A stretch of DNA of 34,383 nucleotides from Acutalibacteraceae bacterium (lineage in GTDB: Bacteria; Bacillota; Clostridia; Oscillospirales; Acutalibacteraceae), in the NCBI GenBank assembly GCA_045591605.1, contig JAZNTC010000182.1, forward strand, positions 1 to 34,383. Direction: 5' to 3'. Of the stretch, positions 16,429 to 24,170 are shown piece by piece. The position numbers were made by a program, and so were the translations under genes. A model generated the notes under the pieces. That model did no database searches. It saw nothing but the letters and a program-made list of their open reading frames with translations, and was not told the DNA's origin. How positions within the stretch are numbered: the stretch's first letter is position 1; each line of letters opens with the position of its first letter.

Positions 16429-17427
16429 GTGAATTACGAACAAACCTTCAACGCGTATGTGCAAACGGAACGTGGCGAACGTCGATACCTGCAAAAACGG
16501 GCGTGGTTTGTGGGAATCAGTATGGTTTTGTCGTTGCCGCTGCAATTTCTGATTGCGCGCCTGTTCGGTCGGTACTTGTTGGCGGCGGAAGCGGTCATGA
16601 CCCGTTCCGTACCCGACCGCCTTGCCTATTATGCCATGTATGGCGGATACTATTGTGCCATGCTGTTGTTGCCGGTGGTGCTGTGCGCGCTGCTGTTTCG
16701 CGTGGTGCCGCGCCTGCCGCAGGCAGAACGCCGCGGTATGAACGCCTTTGCAGGGGTGCTCACGGCGCTGTTCGGCACGGGTTTTTGTCTGTTGGCAAAC
16801 TACATCACCAACTATTGGCTGGTGTTTGCTTCGCAATTCGGTGTGCAACCGCATCAGGGAGATTACCATTCCGAAGCCGGCTGGTTGCCGCTGGTGCTGA
16901 ATCTCGTCACCTATGCGCTGTTGCCTGCCTTGGTGGAGGAACTGGTGTTTCGTGGTTTTTACATCTCGGCGTTGCAACCGTCGGGCGAGCGGTGTGCGTT
17001 GGTAACCTCCGCATTGCTGTTCGGCTTGGCGCACGGCAACCTCACGCAGATGCCGTTTGCGTTTATGCTCGGGTTGCTGTTCGGTTGGCTGTTTTTGCGC
17101 ACCGGTCGTCTGTGGCCGTGCATGGTGATTCATTTTCTGAACAATTCGCTGTCGGTCGTGTTCGATTCGCTCGGCATTTATTTGCCCGAAAACACCTATC
17201 GTGTGATGCAAATGGCCGTGTATGCCGCCATTGTGCTGGCAGGCGCGTTGGCGGGTGTGCTGCTCGCGGTGTGTCCGTCGTTTCGTGGGTTGACACGTCC
17301 GCTGTGTGAACACCGCCGTGTTCTCACGGTGCGCCGCCGCCGTCGGCTGGTGTGGTGCAACCCCTCGATCATTGTAGCGGTGCTGGCATACGGCGGATTG
17401 ATGCTGTTGGAGGAATTGGTGAAATGA
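16429..17427 (+). CDS. CPBP-family intramembrane glutamic endopeptidase (CAAX protease / Abi family)
   Basis: Motifs EELVFRG, FGLAHG and HFLNN within a polytopic membrane protein. GTG at 16429 is 7 nt after AAAGGAGG. Confidence 0.8.
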   Translation: MNYEQTFNAYVQTERGERRYLQKRAWFVGISMVLSLPLQFLIARLFGRYLLAAEAVMTRSVPDRLAYYAMYGGYYCAMLLLPVVLCALLFRVVPRLPQAERRGMNAFAGVLTALFGTGFCLLANYITNYWLVFASQFGVQPHQGDYHSEAGWLPLVLNLVTYALLPALVEELVFRGFYISALQPSGERCALVTSALLFGLAHGNLTQMPFAFMLGLLFGWLFLRTGRLWPCMVIHFLNNSLSVVFDSLGIYLPENTYRVMQMAVYAAIVLAGALAGVLLAVCPSFRGLTRPLCEHRRVLTVRRRRRLVWCNPSIIVAVLAYGGLMLLEELVK

Positions 17428-17903
17428 CGCCGCAGGACTATATGCAACGGGCATTGGAATTGGCCCGTGAAGCCGCCGCCGAAGGGGAAGTGCCTGTTGG
17501 TGCGGTGGTGGTGAAAGGCGATGAGATCGTGGGCGTGGGGCGCAATCGGCGCGAATGCGGCAAACATGCGCTGGCACACGCCGAACTGGAAGCGATCCAC
17601 AATGCCTGCCGCACGCTGGGCGGCTGGCGGCTGTCGGGATGCGATCTGTACGTCACGCTGGAACCCTGCCCCATGTGCGCAGGGGCGATCATCAACGCCC
17701 GTATCGACCGCGTGTTTTACGGTGCGAAAGATCCGAAAGCAGGCAGTTGCGGCTCACTCGTCACGCTGTTCGATCTGCCGTATAACCACCGTCCCGAAAC
17801 GGTGAGCGGTGTGCTGGAAGAGGAATGCCGCGACCTGTTGAGCACGTTTTTTGCCGACCTGCGCAAACGAAAGATACAAAAATATACCCCCAAAGAAAAA
17901 TGA
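17424..17903 (+). CDS. tadA: tRNA adenosine(34) deaminase
   Basis: HAELEAI and LEPCPMCAGA zinc-deaminase motifs. The ATG overlaps the CPBP stop (ATGA). Confidence 0.92.
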   Translation: MTPQDYMQRALELAREAAAEGEVPVGAVVVKGDEIVGVGRNRRECGKHALAHAELEAIHNACRTLGGWRLSGCDLYVTLEPCPMCAGAIINARIDRVFYGAKDPKAGSCGSLVTLFDLPYNHRPETVSGVLEEECRDLLSTFFADLRKRKIQKYTPKEK

Positions 17904-17934
17904 GTTGCCTTTCAAAAAAGGCAACTCATTTTGT
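17900..17934. terminator. Bidirectional terminator between tadA and the convergent GT4 gene
   Basis: 11-bp stem ATGAGTTGCCT (17900-17910) / AGGCAACTCAT (17919-17929), A/T runs on both sides. The stem includes the tadA stop codon. Confidence 0.8.
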
Positions 17935-17937
17935 CAT

Positions 17938-19122
17938 TCAGTAGAGTGCAAGGTATTTCGCCGTCATGGTGTCGATGGCGTAGCGCTCGTGGGCTTCGGC
18001 CACCAGTTGGTCGGTGTCATAGTGGGTGTTTAATGCCGTGTGCAGTGCGGCTTCGAGCGCATCCGCGTCCCCTTGCTTCACAAAGGTGCTGAAATCGGGC
18101 AGGGCAATGGTTTCGGGTGCGCCGGCTTCATATCCCACCACGGGGGTACCGCAACACAGCGATTCCGCCGTCACCATCGAAAAGGTTTCACGCAGGCTGG
18201 TGAGCAGCGTGACGTCCGCCATGGTGTAGTATGCCGCCATTTCGCGGCGGTCGGTTGTGTGGGAAGCGGGGATTACGTTGGGCGGCAAGGCGGCAGGGTC
18301 GCTTTTGAACCCGATCACCACAAACCGATGGTGCGGCATTCTGCGTGCCATCTCCAACACGGTCTCGCCGCCTTTCAGCGGATCGTAAAAGTTCGGGGTG
18401 ACGTGCAAGATCACCTTTTCGTCGGGTGAAATGCCGTGCCGTTCACGCAGAGCAAACTCGTGGTTTGGGGAGAACACCGCGGTGTCCAACCCGTTTTCCA
18501 CCGTGACAAATCGCCGCCCTTCAAAAATGGGGGATGCCGCGGCGCGAGCGGTCAACCACGGCGAAACCCCCACCACCGTCAATTCGGGAAAGTCGGCAAG
18601 TGCCGCCTTCATTTTGCGGTAGCAATGGCGCGCATCGTCGCGCCACCAATGGGTGAGCATGCCGCGGATCTGCGGACAATCGTGACATTCCGTTCGCCAC
18701 TTCTCGCAATCCAATGCGTGGGCGCAGCCTGCCGTGTGCATCAGTTCGGCATGCAAGGTCAACACGGTGGGAATATGGTGCTTTTTCAAAAACCGCACCA
18801 AGCGATACACGTTGACAAAATGCCCGTTCAAGCAATGCAGATGCACCGTGTCGGGCTGTGTGCGGCGAATCAGGTGAAGCAGTCGTGCGGTGGCGACGGG
18901 TGAAAAACCAAATTCTACCCCCCAAAGTCGCGAGAGAACCGCGTGCACCTTGGATTCCCACTCGGAGGATGTGCGATATACGTTGTTGGCGTCGGGTGCG
19001 TGGTATCGCCCGTAACAAGCGATCATCTCGTGTCCCTCTGCTTCGGCGGTGCGATGAATGTCCGCCATAATCTTGCCGGTGCTTCCGCGATCAAAAAAGC
19101 AGTTGATCTGCAACACGCGCAT
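17938..19122 (-). CDS. GT4-family glycosyltransferase with an inserted Cys4 motif
   Basis: MRVLQINCFFDRGSTGKI..., C-terminal GT-B fold region (SLRETFSMVTAESLCCGTPVVG, the E-x7-E region). C-x5-C-x6-C-x2-C in GCAHALDCEKWRTECHDCPQ. ATG at 19122 after AGAGGTGA. Confidence 0.8.
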   Translation of the reverse strand: MRVLQINCFFDRGSTGKIMADIHRTAEAEGHEMIACYGRYHAPDANNVYRTSSEWESKVHAVLSRLWGVEFGFSPVATARLLHLIRRTQPDTVHLHCLNGHFVNVYRLVRFLKKHHIPTVLTLHAELMHTAGCAHALDCEKWRTECHDCPQIRGMLTHWWRDDARHCYRKMKAALADFPELTVVGVSPWLTARAAASPIFEGRRFVTVENGLDTAVFSPNHEFALRERHGISPDEKVILHVTPNFYDPLKGGETVLEMARRMPHHRFVVIGFKSDPAALPPNVIPASHTTDRREMAAYYTMADVTLLTSLRETFSMVTAESLCCGTPVVGYEAGAPETIALPDFSTFVKQGDADALEAALHTALNTHYDTDQLVAEAHERYAIDTMTAKYLALY

Positions 19123-19155
19123 ACGGCTCACCTCTTTCTGCTTAACGTTATTGTT

Positions 19156-19184
19156 ATTATAACGAAAATACGCCCCCTTGTCAA
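19156..19184 (-). promoter_or_regulatory. Perfect consensus sigma-70 promoter (TTGACA-17-TATAAT) for the GT4 gene
   Basis: Minus strand -35 TTGACA (19179-19184), 17-nt spacer, -10 TATAAT (19156-19161). Confidence 0.75.
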
Positions 19185-19289
19185 TGGTGAAATTTTTCGA
19201 AATATAAAGGGGCATGTTTTTGCAAAATTCTCAATATCTGTAATATTTCCGTTTAATTATACGATTTGTAAATACCAAAGCCTTTTCTC

Positions 19290-19318
19290 TTGCGTTTTTG
19301 GAGGGAATGTGGTAGTAT
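19290..19318 (+). promoter_or_regulatory. Putative rpe promoter: TTGCGT-17-TAGTAT with TGg extension
   Basis: -35 at 19290-19295, -10 at 19313-19318. Confidence 0.45.
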
Positions 19319-19371
19319 AGTAACAACCATGTAATACGCGCGAAGCGTAAACGGCAAAGGACGTGCATACA

Positions 19372-20016
19372 ATGAAGATTTCTCCCTCGGTTATGACTTG
19401 TGATTTCTCGCGCTTGGATCGTGCGGTGGCGGCGGCGGATGCGTGGGGCGCGGATCGTCTGCATCTGGACGTGATGGACGGCGTGTTTGTGCCGAACCTC
19501 TCGTTTGGTCCGCCGGTGATCGCCTCGTTGCGTCCGCTCACAACGATGCCGTTTGACGTGCACCTGATGGTGCAAGACCCTGCCGCGTTGCTGGATGCGT
19601 ATGTGAAAGCGGGCGCGGACATGATCACGATTCACGCGGAGTGTTCATCACCGCTGGAAGAAACGCTTCGTCGCATCCGCGAGGCCGGATGCAAGGTGGG
19701 GTTGTCCCTCAACCCCGGCACACCTGTGGAGGTGCTGTGGCCGTATTTGCCGCTGTTGGATCTGGTGTTGGTGATGGCGGTGCAACCCGGTTTCGGCGGT
19801 CAATCCTTCCGCCCCGAGTGCTTGTCCAAAATCACCGCGATCCGCGCACAGTGTGAACGACTTGGGTTGGATATCGACATCGAGGTGGACGGCGGCGTGA
19901 AAGCCGCCAACATCAAAGACGTGGCGGCTGCCGGTGCTTCGTCGGTCGTGATGGGCAGCGCGCTGTATGATGCGGCGGACCCGGCCCCTCTGCTCACCTT
20001 GGCGCGGTCACTGTGA
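19372..20016 (+). CDS. rpe: Ribulose-phosphate 3-epimerase
   Basis: LHLDVMDGVFVPNLSFG, DVHLMV, VQPGFGGQSF, DGGV. Confidence 0.92.
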   Translation: MKISPSVMTCDFSRLDRAVAAADAWGADRLHLDVMDGVFVPNLSFGPPVIASLRPLTTMPFDVHLMVQDPAALLDAYVKAGADMITIHAECSSPLEETLRRIREAGCKVGLSLNPGTPVEVLWPYLPLLDLVLVMAVQPGFGGQSFRPECLSKITAIRAQCERLGLDIDIEVDGGVKAANIKDVAAAGASSVVMGSALYDAADPAPLLTLARSL

Positions 20017-20523
20017 GCGTGTGCGCAAAAACAGTTGCGGCAATGCGTCGCACGTAAGCCACGCATCGCCGTGTTCCGCCACAAAGGCTTCGGTTTCGGT
20101 GGTGGGGCGTGCACATTCCGCCAGTGCCGCAAACGGCGGCACACCGCACAGAATCAGCCGAAACCCGTCGGCGGTGCGGTACAGTGAACTGCTTTCGCCT
20201 TCGGCATGGGTGGGTTGTTGCCACGCAGCGGCAATCTGCAACAGCGCATCTTCGTCGGCAATGTGAAACACGGTGGATGCACACGCTTCTTGCGGTGTGA
20301 CAAGCAGTAAACACCCGTCGGCGGTGGGGAGTGCCTCCACCGAACACGCGCCTTTGGGCGCAAACCCGACACGGCGGCGCGCCACCTGCAACACGGTGCG
20401 CAACATACGCTGTGTTTTGGGGTCGTGTGAATGCAACCTATCAAAACTGAGCCCCATGGCGGTGAGCTCATCGTCCGATAAAAGCAGTGCAAGACATCCG
20501 TTATCGGTCATGTTTACCTGCAA
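20008..20523 (-). CDS. MecA-like adaptor protein (short clostridial form)
   Basis: N-terminal pattern ..LALLLSDDELTAMGLSFDRL.., then VEALPTADGCLLLVT, SSLYRTADGFRLIL and FVAEHGDAWL. These resemble the MecA family layout from memory; no HMM was run. Start is TTG 20523 or ATG 20511. Confidence 0.55.
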   Translation of the reverse strand: MQVNMTDNGCLALLLSDDELTAMGLSFDRLHSHDPKTQRMLRTVLQVARRRVGFAPKGACSVEALPTADGCLLLVTPQEACASTVFHIADEDALLQIAAAWQQPTHAEGESSSLYRTADGFRLILCGVPPFAALAECARPTTETEAFVAEHGDAWLTCDALPQLFLRTRSQ

Positions 20524-20622
20524 TGGGATCCCTCATTTCTCGCATAAATCTACCTCCATCATACCGCAAGGCGTACCGCGTGCGCAAGTGGGGATGGTTG
20601 GAAACGAAAGGTGTGAACCCTC

Positions 20623-21870
20623 ATGTCTCTGTTTTCCCCACGTGGGATGCGCCTGCCCTCGCTGAAAGAGCCTGCGGCCGGACGCGCTGTGGAAGAGCCC
20701 CAAACCCTTACACGGGTGTATTTGCCGCTCTCTCACGGGGAAAAGACCCGTGTGAGCCTGCATCGGTACGCTTCGGCGCTGTGCGGACAAACGGTGGCGA
20801 AACCTGTCGGTAAAAAGACCGTGCCGATTCTCTCATCGGTCAGCGGTGTGTATACCGATCAAACAACCTTCTCCCACCCAGTATATGGCGAGACGACTTG
20901 TCTTGTGATGGATTGCATGGATGTGCACCGTCCGCCGGCAGGGGAACGGGCAGACGTGACCGATCTGTCCGCCGAAACGATACTGGAAGCGGCGCGCACC
21001 TGTGCCGTTCGGGACGAGTTGGACGGACGGTATCTCTATGATAAATTGCAAGAATGGGCCGCCGAAGGCTGTGACGTGTTGGTGGGCGATGCGGTGGAAA
21101 ATCAACCGTATGCTTGCGCCGCCTGGGCGGTGTTGAATGAAAGCGCAGAAGCGGTGTACGAAGGGCTTACCCTCGCGGCACGCGTGGTGGGCGCTTCGGA
21201 ATACCATTTGGCGGTGCAACCGTTGCCTGCCGATCATCGCCGTGCGTTGCGCCAACGCCTTGGCGGTGACGAAAAACTGTTTCAGGTGCGCAGTAAATAT
21301 CCGGCGGTGGATTACACCGAAAACCCTAAGGGCAAAACGGTGCGCCGCATCGGCGTGCAGGCATTGCTCGCGCTGTTGCGTGCCGCCGCGTTTGGTGAAG
21401 GACACACCTCCTGCGTGGTGACAGTAGCCGGTGAAGCGGTGGCGACACCGCGCAACCTGCGTGTGCCGTTCGGCACGCCGGCTTCGGCGTTGCTTCACTT
21501 ATGCGGTCTGTCTGCCGACCCGACGGTCATCGTCTTTGGTGATTTGATGACGGGTGTGGCAGTGACCGATGAGGAAATGCCGATTTTGGCAGGGGTGACC
21601 TGTCTGCTTGCGTTGGTCGATTCGCCCCGTCCGCCGGCGGACGTGTGCGTGGGTTGCGGTCGTTGCGTGCAGGTGTGCCACGCCGGCTTGTTGCCGGAGG
21701 CGATCGTGCAACGGTTGGAAAAAGGGCAAAACGAGTACATCAAAGCGCTTCACGCCGAACAATGCGATAATTGCGGTGCGTGTTCCGCCGTGTGTCCTGC
21801 GGGGCGTGACCTCGCGATGTCCATTGCCACGGTGGCAAAGGTGATTGCCGAGGGAGGTGTTGAGCAATGA
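20623..21870 (+). CDS. RnfC-like iron-sulfur subunit lacking the flavin/NADH glycine-rich loop
   Basis: Collinear with RnfC: an N-terminal barrel-sandwich-like segment (VYLPLSHGEKTRV...ILSSVSGVY). VVTVAGEAVATPRNLRVPFGTPASALLHLCG matches the RnfC SLBB region. Two ferredoxin motifs, CVGCGRCVQVCH and CDNCGACSAVCP. No G-x-GGAGFP motif anywhere. Confidence 0.8.
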   Translation: MSLFSPRGMRLPSLKEPAAGRAVEEPQTLTRVYLPLSHGEKTRVSLHRYASALCGQTVAKPVGKKTVPILSSVSGVYTDQTTFSHPVYGETTCLVMDCMDVHRPPAGERADVTDLSAETILEAARTCAVRDELDGRYLYDKLQEWAAEGCDVLVGDAVENQPYACAAWAVLNESAEAVYEGLTLAARVVGASEYHLAVQPLPADHRRALRQRLGGDEKLFQVRSKYPAVDYTENPKGKTVRRIGVQALLALLRAAAFGEGHTSCVVTVAGEAVATPRNLRVPFGTPASALLHLCGLSADPTVIVFGDLMTGVAVTDEEMPILAGVTCLLALVDSPRPPADVCVGCGRCVQVCHAGLLPEAIVQRLEKGQNEYIKALHAEQCDNCGACSAVCPAGRDLAMSIATVAKVIAEGGVEQ

Positions 21871-22859
21871 CGGCTTTTCGCACAACGCCGCACCTGCGGC
21901 AAACCGAATCTGCCGCCTCCCGTTGTTGGGACATGCTCATTCCGCTGGTACCGCTCACGGTGTATTCCTGTGTGTATTACGGACTGCGTCCGCTGATTGT
22001 TATGTTGATCTCGGTCGTGTCCGCGATGGTGTTTGAGCTGCTTGGCTATGCCCTGCAAATGAAACGCGCGCCCCTCACCGACGGCACCGCCGCCGTGACG
22101 GGCGGTGTGATCGGATTGGTGATGTCCCCCATCGTGCCGTACTGGTTGCCTGTGGTGGCATGTGCGGTGGCGATTTTGGCGGCAAAACTGCCGTTTGGCG
22201 GTCGCGGACGCAACCTCTTTAACCCGGCGGCGACGGGCCTTGCCTTTATCACGGTGTGTTTCCCCAATCAGATGTTCGCCTATCCCGATCCCGAGCGTCC
22301 CATCACCGAACTTTCGCAGGTGATCCCTGCGGTGTCGCCTGCCGCGTTGATCCAAACGGGAGCAACGCCGCACATCAGTCCCATGGACATCGTGCTCAGC
22401 AATTTCCCGAGCCCGATCGGCTCGGTGATGATCATTCTGGTCGGTTGTATGTTGTATCTGTTCGTGCGGCGTGCCTCGTCGCCGAGCATTGTGTTGCCGT
22501 TTCTTGCTACCTGTGCGTTGGGTGCGGCACTGTTTCCGCGTGTGAACAGCGGTGTGGGGGCAAGCGTGCTGTTGGAACTGTGTGCCGGCTATTTGATGAT
22601 CACCGCCGTGTTTTTGATCGCGGATCCCACCACCGCACCGCGCCATTGGTTAGCGCGCATCGTGTACGGCGTGGTGGCAGGCGCGCTGGTGATGGCCTTG
22701 CGCCACGTGGGCAAATTCGAAGAAGGCGCGTGCTTTGCCGTGTTGCTTTGCAACCTGTTCTCCAACATCTTGGATCGCAACTGCTGGAAACTGTGTTATC
22801 ATCTGCCGCACTTGTGGCGGCGTGAAAAGGCGACCGAGGGAGGTGACACGGATGAGTGA
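21867..22859 (+). CDS. RnfD/NqrB-family membrane subunit
   Basis: LTDGTAAVTGGVIGL, GGRGRNLFNPAATGLAF, TGATP (flavinylation-type motif), FLIADPTTAP, GKFEEGACFAVLLCNLFSNILD. The ATG overlaps the upstream stop (ATGA). Confidence 0.85.
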   Translation: MTAFRTTPHLRQTESAASRCWDMLIPLVPLTVYSCVYYGLRPLIVMLISVVSAMVFELLGYALQMKRAPLTDGTAAVTGGVIGLVMSPIVPYWLPVVACAVAILAAKLPFGGRGRNLFNPAATGLAFITVCFPNQMFAYPDPERPITELSQVIPAVSPAALIQTGATPHISPMDIVLSNFPSPIGSVMIILVGCMLYLFVRRASSPSIVLPFLATCALGAALFPRVNSGVGASVLLELCAGYLMITAVFLIADPTTAPRHWLARIVYGVVAGALVMALRHVGKFEEGACFAVLLCNLFSNILDRNCWKLCYHLPHLWRREKATEGGDTDE

Positions 22860-23508
22860 ACCGCGTGAACAAGGGCGTTTTTCCCGTTTGGCGAAGATCT
22901 TCTTTGACACCTTTCTTGTGCGTAACATCGTGCTGGTGAAACTGCTCGGTCTGTGCCCCATCGTGGTGGCGGCGGTGGATTTGAAAGCCGGTGTCACCCT
23001 TACCGCGTGTGTGGCACTCGCCTTGCTTCCCACCGCGCTGTTGATGTCCTTCGTGGGCGAAAAACTGAAACCCGTCATCCGTGTACCGCTCTATACCGTG
23101 ATCGCGTTGGTGATCCTGCTCGGTGCCGGATTTGTGCTCAACACCTACATTGAGCCGGAACTTTATGCCTCGCTGTATCTGTTTTTGCCCCTGCTCGCGG
23201 TGAATTCGCTGATGACCTATCGCGTGGGCGGTTTCGCTGTGGTGAGCCGTCCGCCCGAAGCCGTGGCGGATGCACTCGGTTCGGTGTGCGGGTTCGGGGT
23301 GGTCATCTGTGTGGTGGCGGCGGTGCGTGAACTGTTGGCCAACGGCTCGATGTGGGACGTGCGGTTGCTGTCCACGCCGCCGCTCACGGCGGCATCCTCG
23401 CCGTTCTTTGCCTTTTTGATGCTCGGTATGTTGGCGGCGTTGATGCAGTTTGTGCGCGAAATGCTTCGCCGTTTTGTAGAAGGGGAGGTGTCGGTGCCGT
23501 ATGAATGA
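22852..23508 (+). CDS. RnfE/NqrD-like membrane subunit (divergent)
   Basis: NIVLVKLLGLCPIVV (first half-motif kept), LPLLAVNSLM (Cys position is Ser). Start overlaps the rnfD-like stop by 8 nt. Confidence 0.75.
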   Translation: MSEPREQGRFSRLAKIFFDTFLVRNIVLVKLLGLCPIVVAAVDLKAGVTLTACVALALLPTALLMSFVGEKLKPVIRVPLYTVIALVILLGAGFVLNTYIEPELYASLYLFLPLLAVNSLMTYRVGGFAVVSRPPEAVADALGSVCGFGVVICVVAAVRELLANGSMWDVRLLSTPPLTAASSPFFAFLMLGMLAALMQFVREMLRRFVEGEVSVPYE

Positions 23509-24085
23509 GTTGTTGACTATGCTGTTCGCCACCGCGCTGTTCCAAAACGTGGTGCTCACCACCGGCTTCGGCAGTTCGCTGGCGTTGCGTGTGATCCACC
23601 GTAAAAGCGACATCTGGAAATTTGGGGGTATATTATCGTTCTTCCTCATCACCACCATGGCGATTGATTATCCGCTGGATCATTTGCTCGGATTCGGTGT
23701 GTGGGCGAAACTGTTGCGCCCCTTGGTGATGGTGGGGGTTGCCATGGCACTTTACTGCGCCGTTACCCTCATCACGGCACGCATTTCGGTGCCGTTTTAT
23801 CACAAGTTGAAACCCTATCTGATCCCGGCCGTGTTCAACGATCTGACCCTCGGTCTGGCAATGGTTGCCAACCACAAGGTCACCCTCACCTTCTGGGGGA
23901 CGATGGGTCTGGCGGTGGGCAGTTGCCTCGGTTTTATGCTGATGGGGTGGATCATTTTGGAAGGGCGTTTTCGCATCAATGCCCATGCCGTGCCGCGCGC
24001 CTTTCGCGGTGCGCCGGTGATCCTCATCTATCTCGGCATCGCGGCACTCGCCATGCTTGGCTTCGGCAGCAGCATTTTGCTGTGA
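23501..24085 (+). CDS. RnfA/NqrE-like membrane subunit (divergent, both conserved Cys positions substituted)
   Basis: C-terminal VPRAFRGAPVILIYLGIAALAMLGFG matches the RnfA VP.PFRG......GLMSLAFMGF region. N-terminal QNVVLTTGFGSS and central IPAVFNDLTLG replace the LGLCP and TTNC motifs. Start overlaps the upstream stop by 8 nt. Confidence 0.75.
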   Translation: MNELLTMLFATALFQNVVLTTGFGSSLALRVIHRKSDIWKFGGILSFFLITTMAIDYPLDHLLGFGVWAKLLRPLVMVGVAMALYCAVTLITARISVPFYHKLKPYLIPAVFNDLTLGLAMVANHKVTLTFWGTMGLAVGSCLGFMLMGWIILEGRFRINAHAVPRAFRGAPVILIYLGIAALAMLGFGSSILL

Positions 24086-24117
24086 GGGGCAGGTTTTCGG
24101 AAACGCTTCATAAAAAG

Positions 24118-24153
24118 AAAGTTCCCACAAGCGGCTGCTTGCGGGAACTTTTT
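24118..24153. terminator. Bidirectional terminator between rnfA-like and the convergent degV
   Basis: AAAGTTCCC-a-CAAGC (24118-24132), loop GGCT, GCTTG-c-GGGAACTTT (24137-24151), with T-runs on both strands. Confidence 0.8.
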
Positions 24154-24170
24154 GCGTTTGTATTCGGTTT

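Noticed and set aside
20524-20622. Possible sporulation-sigma (SigE/SigK-like) promoter (GCATAAAT ... CATACC) upstream of the rnfC-like gene.
   Set aside because: The spacing of about 10 nt between the two boxes does not fit the consensus I recall, and the -10 match is partial. No clear sigma-70 promoter is visible here either, so the promoter for the Rnf-like operon remains unassigned.
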